Assembly: GCA_964019425.1 (NCBI GenBank)
Contig: OZ025787.1
Location: 248,001-312,000, forward strand
Direction of reading: 5' to 3'
DNA length: 64,000 nt
From: Flectonema sp. DT1601
Lineage: Eukaryota
Below are positions 21,708 through 32,513 of this stretch, piece after piece. The stretch's first letter is position 1, and each line of letters begins with the position of its first letter. A program made the translations under genes and the position numbers. The notes under the pieces are model-generated. The model ran no database searches, was not told the origin of the DNA, and worked only from the letters and a program-made list of their open reading frames with translations.

Positions 21708-24700
21708 CTATGTTTTCCCTAGCTTCTCAACGAAGAAGTCCATTTGTCGTTTAAATGACTTCTCAGCTTCGGTTAATTTAACTTTGGCAGCTACACACTC
21801 GTCGTCTTTTTCTCCGTAAAGCTGTAACATTGTCTCATGTTCACGACGAAGATCTTTAAAACGAGTTTGTAATGTTGTGAATTGCTTTGCAGTTTTACGA
21901 AGTTCATCATTCTCAACAATGTATCTATGCAGCTCTTCGTTAAGCGCATTCGATCCAGGAAAGACTGCTGACTCACTTGAGGGAGTTTGAACTTCTGGTT
22001 CTGGAATAGTGACTACAGGAATTTGTTCTTGTGATGTATCCTTCTTATCAGCTGAAGGTGTGCTTGGTGCAATAGAGGCGGGTGTAACTGATCGACCTCT
22101 CTTTAGTTGTGCAATCTCACGAACTTGCTCTTCCACATTCAACTTTTCTCTCTTAACCTTTAGTTGTGATTGCAATAGTTCTTCTCTTACTGTTGTCAGT
22201 TCCTTTGAAAGTTCAGAGACTTTACCGTCGACCTTCAACTTGTGACTGTTGACAGTTTTAGCGAGTGTGATCTTCAGATCATTATTAACACGAGAAGTCT
22301 CAGTTATAATATTATCCTTATTAGTTAATTCATTGTTTAATGAAATGATGGCATCACTTGCTTCAGTGTTTTGCTTTTCAAGATCCTTAACACGGTCTTG
22401 TGTTGGGGCGATTGAGGCCTCCAAATCTGATATTTCTCTAAGTAGCGGACCAGTTAAAATAGGAACTTGTTCTGTGAGTTGGGCGACTTTACTTTCCGCG
22501 GCGATTGCTCTGTTGTTGGCGTTGGCTACTTCAGAAAAAACAGAGTTGATTCGAGAATCAGCTTCTTGTTCTACCTCAGCTATCTGAGTCCTGAGAGTTA
22601 AGATTTCCTCCTCGAGTTCCCTTTCACGTCTTTGTTGAGTTTCAGTTTGAATAGCGTTGTCGTCATGAACACGTTTTTCTTGCATAGAAACATTCGCATG
22701 CAACTCACTCAACTGCTGGTCAGCATCTGATAATTTAGTTTGCAACTCTGCAGCACTCTGTTGTCTGTCAGTTAATTGACGACCCTGTTGGTCAATCGTT
22801 TCTCTGAGTTCTGACTCACGTTGTTCACTGACGGCTTTCATGTCTTGCCATTGTCGCTCCTTCGCTCCGTATTGGTCGACCATCTTTTGGAATGATTCCA
22901 CTTGTGATCCCAATTGTTTTCGTTCTTTTGATAAAACTCGAAGTCTTTCCTTCTCCTTTCCAAGCTCTGCAGCTAATTTATTTGCTTCTTCTTTGAGTTC
23001 GTTGTTTCGATCAGCCTCCGCCTGGGATCGCTTTTGATGTTTTTCAGACTCCGAGAACAGCTGCTTCATATTATCGCGGGCTTCATCGCGTTCTTTTCGA
23101 AGGGCTTTTACTTTGCGGTCCTCCTTTTCAAGAGTGCTACTGAATTCTTGTTTTAGATCATCAAAGTTACTTCGCATGCTGACGTTTTCATGTTCCTTAT
23201 CTGATGCAAGACGTTTATTAGTTGCTAACTCTTTTTGTAATGATGAAGCTGAAGTGGTAGACGCCGTCACTTCATTTTGAAGTTCTGTATTCTTTTGCGT
23301 TAATCCAGACACTTCATCTTGAAGAGTGTAGTAGGATTGTTGGAGGTCTTCAAAACGAGTTAGCACATCATCTCTTTCGGTACCCAGTTGGGTATACGCA
23401 ATCTTTAAATTCGACATTTCAGTTTCAATCTCTTCGGAGTGTTTAGCGGTTGCGTCGTTTTGTTGATTCTCTTCTGTTGAAGTTATCAACTTGGCGTCGA
23501 GATCAGTTTTCTCAGATGTCAACTCCTCGACTCTGTTTCGTAATTCTTTAATTGCTGCTTCATGACTTTCTAATAAATTGTTTCGCTCTGAAGTAAGTTC
23601 GCTAAGTTGTGCCGCGACGTCGTCTTTCTCGGTTGTGATGTCAACGAGTTGCTGCTGCAGCTGATCAAGTTGATTGGAATTTGGTCGTTCTTCTAAGTCA
23701 GACTCCATGTTCTTCTGAGACTGTAAGAGGTTGTCACGTTCAGTGAGTACCTCCTCGAGATCTGATTGTAATTTGATCCGTTCATCAGACAGTTGTTCGT
23801 AAGCAGTTTTAGAATCAGACAACTGTTGTTGAATCTGATTCAGTTGATCTGTTGTTGGAAGGTTGTCGCGTTCAGCAACCAGTCGATCAATTTCTGTTTG
23901 TTGACTTTCTATTCTACCAGTTGCTTCTTCTTTTTCACATTTACTGCTGGTGTTTAAATTACTTAATTGCTGCTGAAGTTGCTGTAGTTGATCTGGTTCA
24001 GGAAGACTGTCACGCTTAACTGTAATCTTTTCTAAATCAGTTTGTAAAGCTGTCAGCTGTTCAGTTAATTTATCGGTGTTGGTGTTGGAGGTTGAAAGTT
24101 TTAATTCTTGTTCATCATATTCTACTTTAATAACTGATAGTTGTTCTTCAAGTATAGATATCGTATCAGTTTTCTCATTGAGGTCAGCTGTTGTTTGTGT
24201 CAACTCCTCACGAAGTGACACCTCTGCTTCCTTAGCAGAGTTGTCATTAGCTGATGCTTCCAACTGTGAGATGAGTTCTCGTAATTCTGATATTTCGGTA
24301 GCGTTGGCTTGGCTGTCTGAAACTTGCTGCTCAAGAGCTGAACTCTTTTCAGTCAATTCCTGCCGCATGCTGTTGAGTTCTTGTTCTGTCTGGGAAATTT
24401 TACTTTCGAGTGTGCTAACAACCTCAGTCTGTTCAGCTGCTGAACTGTTTAAGGTTTCTATTTCATCTTTCAGTTTCGTCATAATGTTGTTGTAAATATC
24501 TCCCTTGGCGTTGGATTTTCCCAACTGGGTTTCCAATTCTTTAATTTCTTTTTGTAGTTTAGTAATTTCACCAGTTGTGTCTCCCTTCTCACGAAGGGCG
24601 TTTAATTCTTTTGAAAGTTTCTTCGAGCGTTTTTCAGAAGAACGGAAATCTGAAGTCTTGGATTTCAACGTTGACTTAGTAGAATCTAAACTCTCACGTG

Positions 24701-26522
24701 TTTGTTTTAGGTTGGCTTCGAGTGACTGAAGCTCTTGTTGTGTGTCGGTGGTTTTTGTTTTCAAGTCTTCGAGTTGTTGCTCAGTAGATTGCTTGTCTTC
24801 CTGTTGTTGTTTTAGTTGGTCGTCTTTCTCATTTAGTTTATTACTTAAGTCGTTAAGCTCCTCCTGTAGTTGTGTGGATTCATTTCCTTTATTGTTGATT
24901 TCATTCGTTAGATTGTTGAGTTCTTCTTTTAAATCTTTAATTTGACTTTCAGCAGATTGTTTCTCATCACGAAGTTGATCAGCGAGTGATGAATCACCTT
25001 CTTGTTGGAGCTGTTGCTGTGACAGTAGTTCGTCTTTCTCAGAAACTTTGCTCTTCAGTTGTTCCACTTCCTCATTCAGTTGGTTTTGTAAGGTTTCCAA
25101 CTCGCTCTCCTTCTCGTTGTTTAATTTATTAATTTCCTCTCTCAGAGTTTCCATTTGATTTTCAGCAGATTCCTTTTCTTCCTGGAGTTGAGTTACTTTT
25201 GAGGAATCACCTTCTTGTTGCTGTTGTAGCTGTTCTAGTTGACCTTCTCGTTCAGTGAGCTTATTGTTTAAAGTTTCCAATTCCGTTCGCAGCTCTGCCG
25301 AGTCGGTTTGTTGCTGTTCTCGTAGAGAGTTCAACTCGTCGTCTTTGGTAGTCATTTCATTATTTAACCTTTCGAGTTCTTCTCTCAAATCCTCCATTTG
25401 ATTTTCAGCAGATTGTTTGTCATCGCGGAGCTGCACTACTTCTGAAGAATCTCCTTCTTGCTGTTGATGCAGCTGTTCCAGTTGACCTTCCCGTTCAGTT
25501 AGTTTGCTGTTTAAGGTTTCCAATTCCGTTCGCAGCTGTGTTTCTATCTCCGCCGAGTCGGTTTGTTGCTGTTCTCGTAGAGAGTTCAACTCGTCGTCTT
25601 TGGTAGTCATTTCATTATTTAACCTTTCGAGTTCCTCTCTCAAATCCTCTATTTGATTTTCAGCAGATTGTTTCTCATCGCGGAGCTGCACTACTTCTGA
25701 AGAATCTCCTTCTTGCTGTTGATGCAGCTGTTCCAGTTGACCTTCCCGTTCAGTTAGTTTGCTGTTTGCGGTGTCTAATTCTGATCTGAGCTGTGAGAGT
25801 AGTTCCGTTGGTTCAGATTGCTGATCTCTGAGAGTTTCTAATTCAGTTTCTTGTTCATTAACTCTGTTAATTAAAGTATCAAGTTCTTCTCTCAAGTCTT
25901 CTATTTGATTTTCCGCTGACTGCTTCTCATCACGAAGCTGGGTGACGATATCGTTGCTGTCAGAATTGACAACCTCACCTGTGGATTGTTCAGAACGAAG
26001 AGTCAGAAGTTGCTGTTGAAGGCTGTCAATTTGAGTGGATGATGACTGCTGCTGTTCAAGTAGCTCATTTTGAAGTTTTAATAATGGATCATCGATGTCA
26101 GTGGATGTGGTATTGCGGTGGTTTTCTAGTTCCAACTCTGCTGCTTTTAGTTGTCTTTTTAAATCTGGGACAACAGAATCAGGTTGTGACTCACGATATC
26201 CTTCTACTTCTTCTGAGAGGAGAGCTAATTGCTGTTTGCATTCAAATAGTTCCTCATCAGAATTTTTGTATTCCTCCAACTCTTTTAAACATCTTGTCAA
26301 TTCTATTTTGAGAGCTTCTGCTTGACTTGCTTTTACTTTCAATCCCTCAAACGCTTCTTGTGTTATAGTTTCTTCTTCATCTCCGCTATCGTCAACATTC
26401 CATCCGTCACTGTCATCTTTCTCTTGTTCTTCTGCTATGATGTTTCCATCATCATCGAGACCAGCAGCTTTGTTTAAGCTACTTTGAATTTGGTCTGTCA
26501 CGGCCTTAAAGCCTCCGAACAT
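21708..26522 (-). CDS. Golgin-like long coiled-coil protein with a TMF1/Sgm1-type C-terminal domain
   Basis: 1604-aa E/Q/L-rich coiled coil; C-terminal HETMLQLYGEKDDEC...FKRQM matches the TMF 'LxLxGEKxE' motif; internal ~81-85-aa repeats at about 25150-25950. Confidence 0.85.
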   Translation of the reverse strand: MFGGFKAVTDQIQSSLNKAAGLDDDGNIIAEEQEKDDSDGWNVDDSGDEEETITQEAFEGLKVKASQAEALKIELTRCLKELEEYKNSDEELFECKQQLALLSEEVEGYRESQPDSVVPDLKRQLKAAELELENHRNTTSTDIDDPLLKLQNELLEQQQSSSTQIDSLQQQLLTLRSEQSTGEVVNSDSNDIVTQLRDEKQSAENQIEDLREELDTLINRVNEQETELETLRDQQSEPTELLSQLRSELDTANSKLTEREGQLEQLHQQQEGDSSEVVQLRDEKQSAENQIEDLREELERLNNEMTTKDDELNSLREQQQTDSAEIETQLRTELETLNSKLTEREGQLEQLHQQQEGDSSEVVQLRDDKQSAENQMEDLREELERLNNEMTTKDDELNSLREQQQTDSAELRTELETLNNKLTEREGQLEQLQQQQEGDSSKVTQLQEEKESAENQMETLREEINKLNNEKESELETLQNQLNEEVEQLKSKVSEKDELLSQQQLQQEGDSSLADQLRDEKQSAESQIKDLKEELNNLTNEINNKGNESTQLQEELNDLSNKLNEKDDQLKQQQEDKQSTEQQLEDLKTKTTDTQQELQSLEANLKQTRESLDSTKSTLKSKTSDFRSSEKRSKKLSKELNALREKGDTTGEITKLQKEIKELETQLGKSNAKGDIYNNIMTKLKDEIETLNSSAAEQTEVVSTLESKISQTEQELNSMRQELTEKSSALEQQVSDSQANATEISELRELISQLEASANDNSAKEAEVSLREELTQTTADLNEKTDTISILEEQLSVIKVEYDEQELKLSTSNTNTDKLTEQLTALQTDLEKITVKRDSLPEPDQLQQLQQQLSNLNTSSKCEKEEATGRIESQQTEIDRLVAERDNLPTTDQLNQIQQQLSDSKTAYEQLSDERIKLQSDLEEVLTERDNLLQSQKNMESDLEERPNSNQLDQLQQQLVDITTEKDDVAAQLSELTSERNNLLESHEAAIKELRNRVEELTSEKTDLDAKLITSTEENQQNDATAKHSEEIETEMSNLKIAYTQLGTERDDVLTRFEDLQQSYYTLQDEVSGLTQKNTELQNEVTASTTSASSLQKELATNKRLASDKEHENVSMRSNFDDLKQEFSSTLEKEDRKVKALRKERDEARDNMKQLFSESEKHQKRSQAEADRNNELKEEANKLAAELGKEKERLRVLSKERKQLGSQVESFQKMVDQYGAKERQWQDMKAVSEQRESELRETIDQQGRQLTDRQQSAAELQTKLSDADQQLSELHANVSMQEKRVHDDNAIQTETQQRRERELEEEILTLRTQIAEVEQEADSRINSVFSEVANANNRAIAAESKVAQLTEQVPILTGPLLREISDLEASIAPTQDRVKDLEKQNTEASDAIISLNNELTNKDNIITETSRVNNDLKITLAKTVNSHKLKVDGKVSELSKELTTVREELLQSQLKVKREKLNVEEQVREIAQLKRGRSVTPASIAPSTPSADKKDTSQEQIPVVTIPEPEVQTPSSESAVFPGSNALNEELHRYIVENDELRKTAKQFTTLQTRFKDLRREHETMLQLYGEKDDECVAAKVKLTEAEKSFKRQMDFFVEKLGKT

Positions 26523-27029
26523 TCTTATTGAATCCCTTCAATTCACTTAAGGAGGAAATATTAAATAAGTAATTGGTAGTCAAAAAAAAAGAAGAAAAAA
26601 ATTATTTCACATGAATATTTTTTATTTTATTTTCTAATAATCAAGAGTCTACCGTATTGGTGGAGTACACCAGGAAACATAACAAACAGATTCTACAGCT
26701 GGGACCAAAAAAACTAAACTATAAAATGGGGGAATACAACTGCTCGTCTAGGAATATTTAAGAAAATCTTGTTTTTCTTCTCAAAAAAAAACAGTTTTCA
26801 TCAGACTAAAAGACTATACACAAAGTTAACAATATTTACAAATCAATGTCTTAGCTCCGAGAAGCTCAAGCTAGACTCTTTGTAAATGAGAAGTTTCTTG
26901 TGAATTCAAAACATTTCGCAATTCGAATAGACGTGAACAGAGTAGAAATACAAACATCTCCAAGTGAACAAAACCTTGGGTTAGGTGGGACAGAGTGTAC
27001 AGGCTATCGTCTCATCCGAGTCTGGGAAC

Positions 27030-29774
27030 TCAATGTTTCGGTAATCTTGGACGGGGTACTTTCCCGCGACCCATGGGTTTCCTTGCTGTAGGTGACTGGT
27101 ATGGAGTACCAAGGCGGCCAGGTGTCGTTTGGTGCTGTTGATGGTGGTGGTGGTGGTGGTGGTGGTGGTGATGATGGTGATGGTGATGTTGCGAGTGTTG
27201 CTGTTGGTGGTGGTGATGGTGGTGATGTTGCGATTGCTGCTGTTGGTGGTGGTGATGGTGGTGATGATGTGAAGCCTGTTGCTGCTGTTGTTGGTGTTGC
27301 TCATGGTGCTGGTGGTGGTGGTGTTGCTGATGTTGTGGATGAGGGTGGTGATGATGGTGATGGTGATGGTGATGCTGCCCTTGATGCTGCTGATAGTGTG
27401 GACCAGGCTGTTGTTGTTGCTGCTGATGCTCATGACGAGGGTGATGTTGCGTATCTGGTTGCTGTTGCTGTTGCTGACCTTGTTGGTTGTGCTCTTGATG
27501 GTGATGGTGGTGGTGATGGTGGTGGTGGTGGTGATGGTGATGGTGGTGGTGATGGTGGTGGTGGTGGTGATGGTGATGGTGATGCTGATGTTGTGGATCA
27601 GGTTGCTGCTGTCGCTGACTCTGTAGGTCTTGCTGTTGGTGGTGGTTATAGTGATGGTCAAGCGGATTAGGTTGTTGCGGCTGTTGAGTATCGGATTGCT
27701 GCTTGTGATGTGTCGATGTTCTGGGATCACTAGGATTTGAGTAATCTACTTCAGGACTGAACTGTTGCTGGTGGGCAGTGGCACCCCCACCTGGCAGAGC
27801 ATTTAAAGGATTATTAGCATCTCCAGGATTATGATGAGAACCGAAATGTTCATTCTGTACAACAACATCTTGTGGAGATTGGCTACCACGGGACGGTATT
27901 GATGGCCCTGCCAATTCGTATTCAAGAAGTTCCGTCTCTTTACGACACAGAAAAGCATAAATAGCAACCACTACAGCACCCACTCCCAACGTGGCCAACA
28001 CTGCAGCTGATAATTGAGTTGCATAACCGATGGCTACGAGAATAGTTGACAAGTGGAGTACTATTTGTAATCTAATGAGTCGAATCCTTTCAAGTATCGT
28101 CACACAAATACTAATATAAATAATAATTGATATCAACAAGAATCCACCAGCAGCAAGGTATCCATACGAATAATCAAACACAGTCCTACCATCCGGCAAT
28201 AACATCCCAAGAGCTGTCCACGAAGGAAAACCGATTGCTGGGTAGGCGGAAACCTTTTCTTGGGCGAGGATTTTTATAACAGCGCAGAGTAAAAACCAGA
28301 AACTAAGCACCATTACTATAGCATGCGGGATCTCTCCATCGTAATGACGGAGACAGAAGGAGCAAAAAACCGTTTGAAGTGCGAGGTAGTTGCAAAACAG
28401 AATGTGAACAGATTGCTTGCTAAAAGCGTAGACTGCGATTAACCCAATACTCAGTAAGCTGGATATAATCCCACACACTAGTGGTGTAATAGGAGAGTAC
28501 ACACCCACAACAACAACACACAAAATAATGAAATCTGCTGCTGCTCCTCCAATAAGTTTGAGACTTAACCTTGATCCATGTCCATTCCAAACTTTGTATA
28601 TTTTCGTATAGAATCCTATTGACGTCTTGCTGTCACGTTTGCGAAGTTCTCGACGATGTTTCCAAGGTAGGAACAGCACTTTGATAAAAATGGCAATCGG
28701 AATTAAGAATGCCACCAACACTATAAAAACTATTTTCACAACAGCGTACGCAATTAGTATCGCAACAGCTAATAATAATATGGCTACAGCAATGGGTTTT
28801 TTAACACCAAAAAAAGAACAGATTGAAAGGACTGGTTGGTACGATAAATCCTTACCAAACTGAACAGCACCACGAGGCTGTAACGAGTTCGATTTATGTT
28901 TGTGTTCTATTCTTGAAGAGACACTATCGCTAACTGGTACTGCTAAGTCTGGATCAGTTACCGTCATATCTGGTACAGGTGACTGGTTCCCTTCACTTTG
29001 TAAACCAACTCCCTCCATATCGCGTACATGATCAATCTTTTCAGTGCTGGCATCTGGAGATGGTAAATCAATTCTCGAACTTATTGATTGGAATATTTCA
29101 CTATCACTTTGGATGTGCTTTGGTGATTCCGTCTTATCACTCAGTCCGTTTGTCTTGTTAATGTCATCACTTATCTTACTTTCCTTGTCACTTGAAGCCG
29201 ATGATGATGACGAGGATGAGGATCGCGATGATGATAATGATGATGATGACTTTTTAGCAGCTGGTTTTATACGCTTTCTCCGATATATCTTTTTTGGAAT
29301 TTCAATAGGCGGAGGTTCGTAAATTCGCTTTGGAACTGCGAGGCCATTAATTTTATTTTGTGTTATAGTCCTCTGAGAATTCTTCTTTCGATGAGTGTTC
29401 GGTTCGAAACTACACTCCGCCACGTCATCAGAATTACTTCCATTTGAATCACTCTGTTGAGGGATAGAAACCTGTTGTGCTTGTTGTTCACTTTTCTTTA
29501 CCTGTCTCATTTGAGCTTCTCCGTATAAGGCATCGAAGACATTACCATCTCTGTCGTATAAGTCATCTATCCAGTCTTTGTAACAATTCTCTTCTTCTTC
29601 TGTAACACCCGGTCGGAAGAGAGTTCTGCCGGTGTGTGGATCAGTAAAAGCAGAACCTTTAGTCTCTGAAAGTATCACATGCGATGGTTCCTCAGGTGGG
29701 AATCCACGAGAGTATTTACTCGCTGAAGAATCCCATGGTTCAGGTCGGGGACGAATAATCCCCGGCTGGGGCAT
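27030..29774 (-). CDS. Multi-pass membrane protein with a very long His/Gln-rich C-terminal tail
   Basis: Many hydrophobic helices at about 27950-28800 and poly-H/poly-Q at 27120-27700. First ATG at 29774, with an AG acceptor at 29784-29785 just upstream. Confidence 0.8.
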   Translation of the reverse strand: MPQPGIIRPRPEPWDSSASKYSRGFPPEEPSHVILSETKGSAFTDPHTGRTLFRPGVTEEEENCYKDWIDDLYDRDGNVFDALYGEAQMRQVKKSEQQAQQVSIPQQSDSNGSNSDDVAECSFEPNTHRKKNSQRTITQNKINGLAVPKRIYEPPPIEIPKKIYRRKRIKPAAKKSSSSLSSSRSSSSSSSSASSDKESKISDDINKTNGLSDKTESPKHIQSDSEIFQSISSRIDLPSPDASTEKIDHVRDMEGVGLQSEGNQSPVPDMTVTDPDLAVPVSDSVSSRIEHKHKSNSLQPRGAVQFGKDLSYQPVLSICSFFGVKKPIAVAILLLAVAILIAYAVVKIVFIVLVAFLIPIAIFIKVLFLPWKHRRELRKRDSKTSIGFYTKIYKVWNGHGSRLSLKLIGGAAADFIILCVVVVGVYSPITPLVCGIISSLLSIGLIAVYAFSKQSVHILFCNYLALQTVFCSFCLRHYDGEIPHAIVMVLSFWFLLCAVIKILAQEKVSAYPAIGFPSWTALGMLLPDGRTVFDYSYGYLAAGGFLLISIIIYISICVTILERIRLIRLQIVLHLSTILVAIGYATQLSAAVLATLGVGAVVVAIYAFLCRKETELLEYELAGPSIPSRGSQSPQDVVVQNEHFGSHHNPGDANNPLNALPGGGATAHQQQFSPEVDYSNPSDPRTSTHHKQQSDTQQPQQPNPLDHHYNHHQQQDLQSQRQQQPDPQHQHHHHHHHHHHHHHHHHHHHHHHHHHHHHHQEHNQQGQQQQQQPDTQHHPRHEHQQQQQQPGPHYQQHQGQHHHHHHHHHHPHPQHQQHHHHQHHEQHQQQQQQASHHHHHHHHQQQQSQHHHHHHHQQQHSQHHHHHHHHHHHHHHHHQQHQTTPGRLGTPYQSPTARKPMGRGKVPRPRLPKH
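27125..27700 (-). repeat. CAY/CAR trinucleotide low-complexity region encoding poly-His/Gln
   Basis: Runs of ggtggtgatggt and tgctgttg on the + strand. Confidence 0.9.
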
Positions 29775-30035
29775 TGAACCCACCTGTTTGAGAAATACGA
29801 ATCACAATCAATAACAAAACAATTCACTTCCAGTTCCAGTTCCATGAAATGTGATTCTTGTTAATAAATTATTAATAATAAAACCTCAACACATTCCAAC
29901 CCACATAGTAATACAGAATACAATACGTACATTAATATAAACCACTGAGAGAATGAGGGTTCTGCAGCGGGTAATTTTGCGTGTGTTAGTTAAGTAAAAA
30001 AAGTAATTTAAAAAAAGAAAACAGACGGAAATACC

Positions 30036-31847
30036 TTATCCCAACTTACCGAGAATACCAAGCACGAATAAAGCAATTCCTGCTAGTGAGAAACATAACA
30101 GAGCAACACAACAAGTTTTGTGATCAGAATCGTGAAATTCACTCGAAAGTGAAGACTCTGATCGAGGCAACGTTGAATTGGTAACAGGATGAGAAGATGA
30201 AGTAGCAAACAAATGACTAACTATCGGATTGGTTTGGGTGCTTTCAGCGACGCTTACATTTGGTTGTTTGAATCTTTTTTCAAACTCTGCGAAAGATGTT
30301 TTCATAACATCTGATTTTGGGAACACAAATTTCGGAAACTTACTCGTTTGAGTAGCCACAGTACTTCCACTATCTACTTGCCGAGATATGAAAATTTCTT
30401 CCCTCGATTCTACCAGAACTGAAATATGTACTTCTTCAATTTCTTGTTCTTTTGATTTTGGACTGTCTGCTTGTAATGAAGTGACGTCAACATCACTTCG
30501 TACGATATCTTCAATTCGTTGAAGAGCTGGTGGATGAAATGAACCGTACTCTGTTGCTGTAATGGTCTCTGGCTGACCAATTGCATTGTAATCAACAACA
30601 GGTAAGTCTGTTGTTTGCGTACAAATTACCAACTGACTTCCATCATATTGACTTCTATCAGACTGTAGAATCTTATTACTGCCAACAGAGATATCTGTTG
30701 TTGTAGTACTTTCTGGTGGGTCAATAGCGTCACTTTCAATTATTGGTAAGTCAGTTTCTTGTGGTGATGTTGAAGTGGATTCGTTGATATCATCTTCAAC
30801 AGTTGTGTAGTATTGATCTGTACCTCTAGTCTTACTATTGTGATACACTTCAGTATCAACATAACTGTAATAAGAAATGTTTGAATTATCTCCAATAACA
30901 TGAGAAGGTATTTCATACAGCACCTCGTTCGTATTATCATTTTGAACAGTTGGAGCATCCGGGTCTTCAATCCCAGTTTGCATATAAGAAAGTGGATTTT
31001 CAAATTGATACGCAAACTCAGATTGATTCAAAATATCGGAAATATAATTTAAATTACTTTTCTCCTGAGAGGTTTCAACATCACCCTCTTTAAATACCCT
31101 ACTCGGAACAGAACTATATTTGTCTACATTCCCCTGATCAGAATAATTAAACACTGCGCTAGGAAGAGGCGCAAGAGTATTATCGTCGGAGTGTATGTTG
31201 GAATTGAAATTGAGATTCGGATTTGAGAAATTCAGTTGCAGTTCTGGGCTGCTGTCGTTCAACCAACTGGTGTTGTTATTAGCGACTGATGATTTGTTTG
31301 GATCTGAAAAAGCCATTTGTGAATTTCTTGCAACCTCCGCAGGGTCTGATGACAAGATGTAACTTTTATTATCAACGCTGTCAAGAGAGTGAAATGGTTG
31401 CGGTAAGGGTAACTCAATACCATCACCAGGAGTTAACTCTTGAACTGAATCATTGAATGAGTCAGCCTCAGTCGTATCATCCATCTGACTTTGAGAATAC
31501 TTCGTAACAGTCGGGGGATGTGTTTGAATTGATTGTTTAAAAACTTCTTCAAAACTTTCATCCGTCTGATCCAACAACGTTATGAGTGATATTTCATTTA
31601 CTTTTAACGGTGACGTTGTTGAGATATTTTCGTTACGATCTATCTTCCCCTTCAATTGAGGCATCGGCTCACTTACAGGTGTTCTTATTTTAGGCTTCTG
31701 TTTCTTTTGCGGAGGTGTCAACATCACTTTCACTGGATAGCTCTTTTCAGCACGAATACTGTCAAGGGCACCATCTATAGTTAAAACTCCATCACTGATG
31801 GAAACAACAACCGAAGGGGTGTTCACTCTGTTATTACCATCGGTCAT
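30036..31847 (-). CDS. Acidic Ser/Thr-rich low-complexity protein with a C-terminal TM helix (tail-anchored-like)
   Basis: ~603-aa ORF ending CCVALLCFSLAGIALFVLGILG; a GTAAGT donor at 30049 may add a short last exon. Confidence 0.75.
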   Translation of the reverse strand: MTDGNNRVNTPSVVVSISDGVLTIDGALDSIRAEKSYPVKVMLTPPQKKQKPKIRTPVSEPMPQLKGKIDRNENISTTSPLKVNEISLITLLDQTDESFEEVFKQSIQTHPPTVTKYSQSQMDDTTEADSFNDSVQELTPGDGIELPLPQPFHSLDSVDNKSYILSSDPAEVARNSQMAFSDPNKSSVANNNTSWLNDSSPELQLNFSNPNLNFNSNIHSDDNTLAPLPSAVFNYSDQGNVDKYSSVPSRVFKEGDVETSQEKSNLNYISDILNQSEFAYQFENPLSYMQTGIEDPDAPTVQNDNTNEVLYEIPSHVIGDNSNISYYSYVDTEVYHNSKTRGTDQYYTTVEDDINESTSTSPQETDLPIIESDAIDPPESTTTTDISVGSNKILQSDRSQYDGSQLVICTQTTDLPVVDYNAIGQPETITATEYGSFHPPALQRIEDIVRSDVDVTSLQADSPKSKEQEIEEVHISVLVESREEIFISRQVDSGSTVATQTSKFPKFVFPKSDVMKTSFAEFEKRFKQPNVSVAESTQTNPIVSHLFATSSSHPVTNSTLPRSESSLSSEFHDSDHKTCCVALLCFSLAGIALFVLGILGKLG

Positions 31848-32513
31848 CAATGTCTATTAGAGAAAACAATTAATTACTTCGATGTTGTCTGTCACTAGTC
31901 CATTATTATATCTCCATTGTTATGTCTGATAATGTATAAGTAGTTTATAGTATGTTGTAATAATAAGAAAAATAAAACCCAATCGGAAGGGGGAAAAAGA
32001 ATTTTGAAAAAAAAAAAAAAAAAAAGGTACAATACAGGATTTGTTTTTCAAAGCGATATCTGGAAATCACGCTCGGATTGCTTGTATAATAATAATACCC
32101 AGTAAGTAACGTAGTAGGTACTTATGGTTTGAACGGTAGTTATTCTGTGAGGACTTACGCACAACAAGAAAAAAAACAACAACAAAAAAGAGAAGCAAAA
32201 AAAAAGAAAAAAAAGACGAAATTTAGCCAACTGATTCCCTTCAACACGAAACAGATGGTTGGCTTACTCTTTTTCTTTTTCTTTTTTTTTTAAAAGAAAG
32301 GAGTGTAGTATAATAATAAAGTGTGATACCATCTCCAGTAACGAAGGCTTGATAGGCACAAGTCGTTTTCTAGATAAAAGCACCTTCTCTATTGGTTTGG
32401 AGAGAGAAGTATAAGAATACAAACACCAGAATAACGGGAACAGATCTAAATGAAAAGTTTCTTATGACAAAAAGAGGTTCGGAGACTGCTACGCTTTACT
32501 AAGACAACATTTC

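Noticed and set aside
26981..27730. Overlapping Thr/Ile-, Gly/Asp- and Val/Met-rich ORFs
   Set aside because: Stop-free alternative frames of the His/Gln trinucleotide repeat.
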